In this document: piece after piece, positions 45,149 to 47,235 of the stretch
How positions within the stretch are numbered: the stretch's first letter is position 1
How the letters are laid out: every line of letters begins with the position of its first letter
DNA from: Candidatus Sumerlaeia bacterium
Lineage (GTDB): Bacteria; Sumerlaeota; Sumerlaeia; SLMS01
Length of the DNA stretch: 47,235 nucleotides
Direction: 5' to 3'
Assembly (NCBI GenBank): GCA_038208905.1
Contig: JBBQYG010000008.1
Coordinates: forward strand, 1-47,235
Notes under the pieces: model-generated
Databases searched by the model: none
What the model was told of the DNA's origin: nothing
What the model saw: the letters and a program-made list of their open reading frames with translations, nothing else
Position numbers and translations under genes: made by a program

Positions 45149-46762
45149 TCACTCGGCCTTTGCGTTGTCCGGGGCCGACTGATGGAAGACCACGTCGTCG
45201 TAGTTGCGCACGGCGTACTTCATCGACCAGTCGTCGCGGAACAGGATGATCGGCAGGCCGCGCTGGTCGTGGAAGGCTTGGCTGATGCCCGCGCGGTTGA
45301 AGCGCGTCACGTCCTCCGGAATAGTGCCATCCTTCAGCGTCACCCATCGAGCGGCGCCGTAGGGGAGCGGATCGAACTTCACCACGCAGTTGTACTCGCG
45401 CTCGAGGCGATCCTTCACGATCTCGAACTGGAGCCGCCCAACCGCCGCGAGGATCGGTTCGCGCTGGCCGGCGATGGGATCATAGAGCACCTGAATGGCG
45501 CCCTCCTCGGAGAGCTGCGCGAGGCCTTTATCCAGATGCTTGCGCTTCATCGGATCGGGCGCGATGACCTTGCTGAAGATCTCGGGACAAAAGCGGGGGA
45601 TACCCTCGAAGCTGAACTTCTCCCCCACGGTCAGCGTGTCGCCGAGGCCATAGTTCCCCGTGTCATAGAGCCCCACGATGTCGCCCGCCCACGCCTCGTT
45701 TACCTGCTCGCGCTCGTTGGCAAAGAACATCACGGCGTTGTTCAGCTTGATCCGACGTCCGCTGCGCACTTGATAGGCTTCCATGCCGCGCTCGAATCGC
45801 CCGCTGACCACGCGCAGGAATGCGATGCGGTCGCGATGGTTCTTGTCCATGTTCGCCTGAATCTTGAAGACGAAGCCGCTGAATTTCTCGCTCTCGGGTG
45901 AAATCACGCCCGCGGTGGATGGCCGCCCCACGGGCGCGGGGGCCATTTCTCCGAAGGCCTGAAGGAACGGCTCCACGCCAAAGTTCGTCAGCGCGGATCC
46001 GAAAAACACCGGCGTGATATCGCCGGAGAGGAACCGCTTGTCGTCGAGCGACTCGCCCGCCATTTCCAGCAGCTCGATTTCCTCGCGCGCCTGCGCCAGC
46101 GCCGGGGCTCCCGCCAGCTCCTCCAGGATCGGATCGTCCCACGCCACCGCACGGCTATCGGCGCGGTCGCCCTTGCCGTCTCCGCGCTCGAACAGGTGGA
46201 CCACCCGCTTCCGCAGGTCGAACACGCCGCGGAAGTTCGTCCCGCGCCCCAGCGGCCAGTTCACCGGCACGCACTGTATATGCAGCAGCTTCTCGATCTC
46301 CTCCATCAGGTCCAGCGGCTCGCGGCCCTCGCGGTCCATCTTGTTGATGAATGTGAAGATCGGCATCTCGCGCAGGCGGCACACCTGAAAGAGCTTCTCC
46401 GTCTGTGCCTCCACGCCCTTCGCCGAATCGATCAGCATGATCGCGGAGTCGGCGGCGGTGATCGTGCGATAGGTGTCTTCGCTGAAGTCCTGGTGCCCCG
46501 GCGTGTCGAGCAGGTTGTATTGGTACTCGTGGTAGGGGAACTGCATCACCGAGGTGGTGACGGAGATGCCGCGCTCCTTCTCGATCTCCATCCAGTCCGA
46601 CGTGGCCGCCTTGCCGGCGCGCTTGGCCTTCACGGCGCCCGCCATGTGAATGGCGCCGCCATAGAGGAGCATTTTCTCCGTCAGCGTCGTCTTCCCCGCG
46701 TCGGGGTGGGAGATAATCGCGAAGGCCCGGCGACGGGCGACTTCGGAGAGTGTGGCGGACAT
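45149..46762 (-). CDS. prfC: Peptide chain release factor 3
   Basis: RRRAFAIISHPDAGKTTLTEK, SDWMEIEKERGISV, DTPGHQDFSEDTYR, FKIQANMD..HRDRIAF; ATG 46762. Confidence 0.98.
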   Translation of the reverse strand: MSATLSEVARRRAFAIISHPDAGKTTLTEKMLLYGGAIHMAGAVKAKRAGKAATSDWMEIEKERGISVTTSVMQFPYHEYQYNLLDTPGHQDFSEDTYRTITAADSAIMLIDSAKGVEAQTEKLFQVCRLREMPIFTFINKMDREGREPLDLMEEIEKLLHIQCVPVNWPLGRGTNFRGVFDLRKRVVHLFERGDGKGDRADSRAVAWDDPILEELAGAPALAQAREEIELLEMAGESLDDKRFLSGDITPVFFGSALTNFGVEPFLQAFGEMAPAPVGRPSTAGVISPESEKFSGFVFKIQANMDKNHRDRIAFLRVVSGRFERGMEAYQVRSGRRIKLNNAVMFFANEREQVNEAWAGDIVGLYDTGNYGLGDTLTVGEKFSFEGIPRFCPEIFSKVIAPDPMKRKHLDKGLAQLSEEGAIQVLYDPIAGQREPILAAVGRLQFEIVKDRLEREYNCVVKFDPLPYGAARWVTLKDGTIPEDVTRFNRAGISQAFHDQRGLPIILFRDDWSMKYAVRNYDDVVFHQSAPDNAKAE

Positions 46763-47235
46763 CGAAGGGATCCTTGAACCGGGTGGCGCGGCAATACGTC
46801 GCCGACGGTGGGGCATCTTGCGCCGGGGGCGAATCGAGGCAAGGGAAGAGGAAGGAAAACGATGACAAACAATTTGACTGGGAGACACAGGGAACTCAGG
46901 GCAAACCGCCGAATGGGAAGTAGTCAGGGGTGTCACTTAAGCAGCCAATATTTCTTCACGCGCCCGCTGCGTCACCGTGTTAAATGTTCTCTTATTTTCC
47001 TTCATGTCGGGGTTGTCGGAATCCCCTTGATCAGTGAATTCTCCATCGGTAAGCACTCCTCAGGCCCTCGCATGGGGAAAGTGCGGGACTACCCACCATC
47101 GGCCTAGGTGGTTGTCCCCCCACCGCCCCCAAAACCCCGCGCGGGGACCCCCAAAGGCCCCCCCCGGAACCACCCCAATAACCGATTAGAGGTTGGGATC
47201 GTCGGGGCCAATATAGGGATAATGGACGCCAATGC

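Noticed and set aside
46770..47235. Non-coding tail of the window with an AT-rich patch and C-runs; 99-aa ORF 46808-47107
   Set aside because: No recognisable RNA family or protein motif. Probably the prfC promoter region plus the leader of a gene beyond the window.

Overview
High-GC bacterial chromosomal segment from a probably diderm lineage. The gene content and protein styles suggest a poorly characterised phylum such as Sumerlaeota/BRC1, but that is unverified inference. The core is a transcription/translation block, tRNA-Trp-secE-nusG-rplK-rplA-rplJ-rplL-rpoB-rpoC (21.7-34.5 kb). It has recognisable L1 and L10 autoregulatory RNA sites but lacks the usual tuf/rpmG and rpsL neighbours. 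Left of it lie a 163-bp MITE at the window start; a minus-strand trio (giant two-sided TPR/Zn-ribbon membrane protein, Hanks kinase with tandem STN-like extracytoplasmic domains, ABC exporter); a divergent CrtI-like oxidoreductase; an M23 lipoprotein; a sugar ABC operon; an M32 carboxypeptidase; and a tightly coupled six-gene operon larE-DUF1573-rhodanese-MauE/DoxX-polytopic membrane protein-thiE. Right of rpoC is a patchy region: an ORF6N relic with a palindrome, a nonsense-interrupted epimerase, a CxxC-EAL protein, bcp, a small membrane protein, katG, a broken orphan, an MDR oxidoreductase, a Tat metallophosphoesterase, a multidomain phosphodiester glycosidase and prfC. The best candidates for undescribed systems are the larE/Cys-motif envelope operon and the STN-kinase/TPR trans-envelope module. 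All domain calls come from motif recognition by eye; no searches were run.
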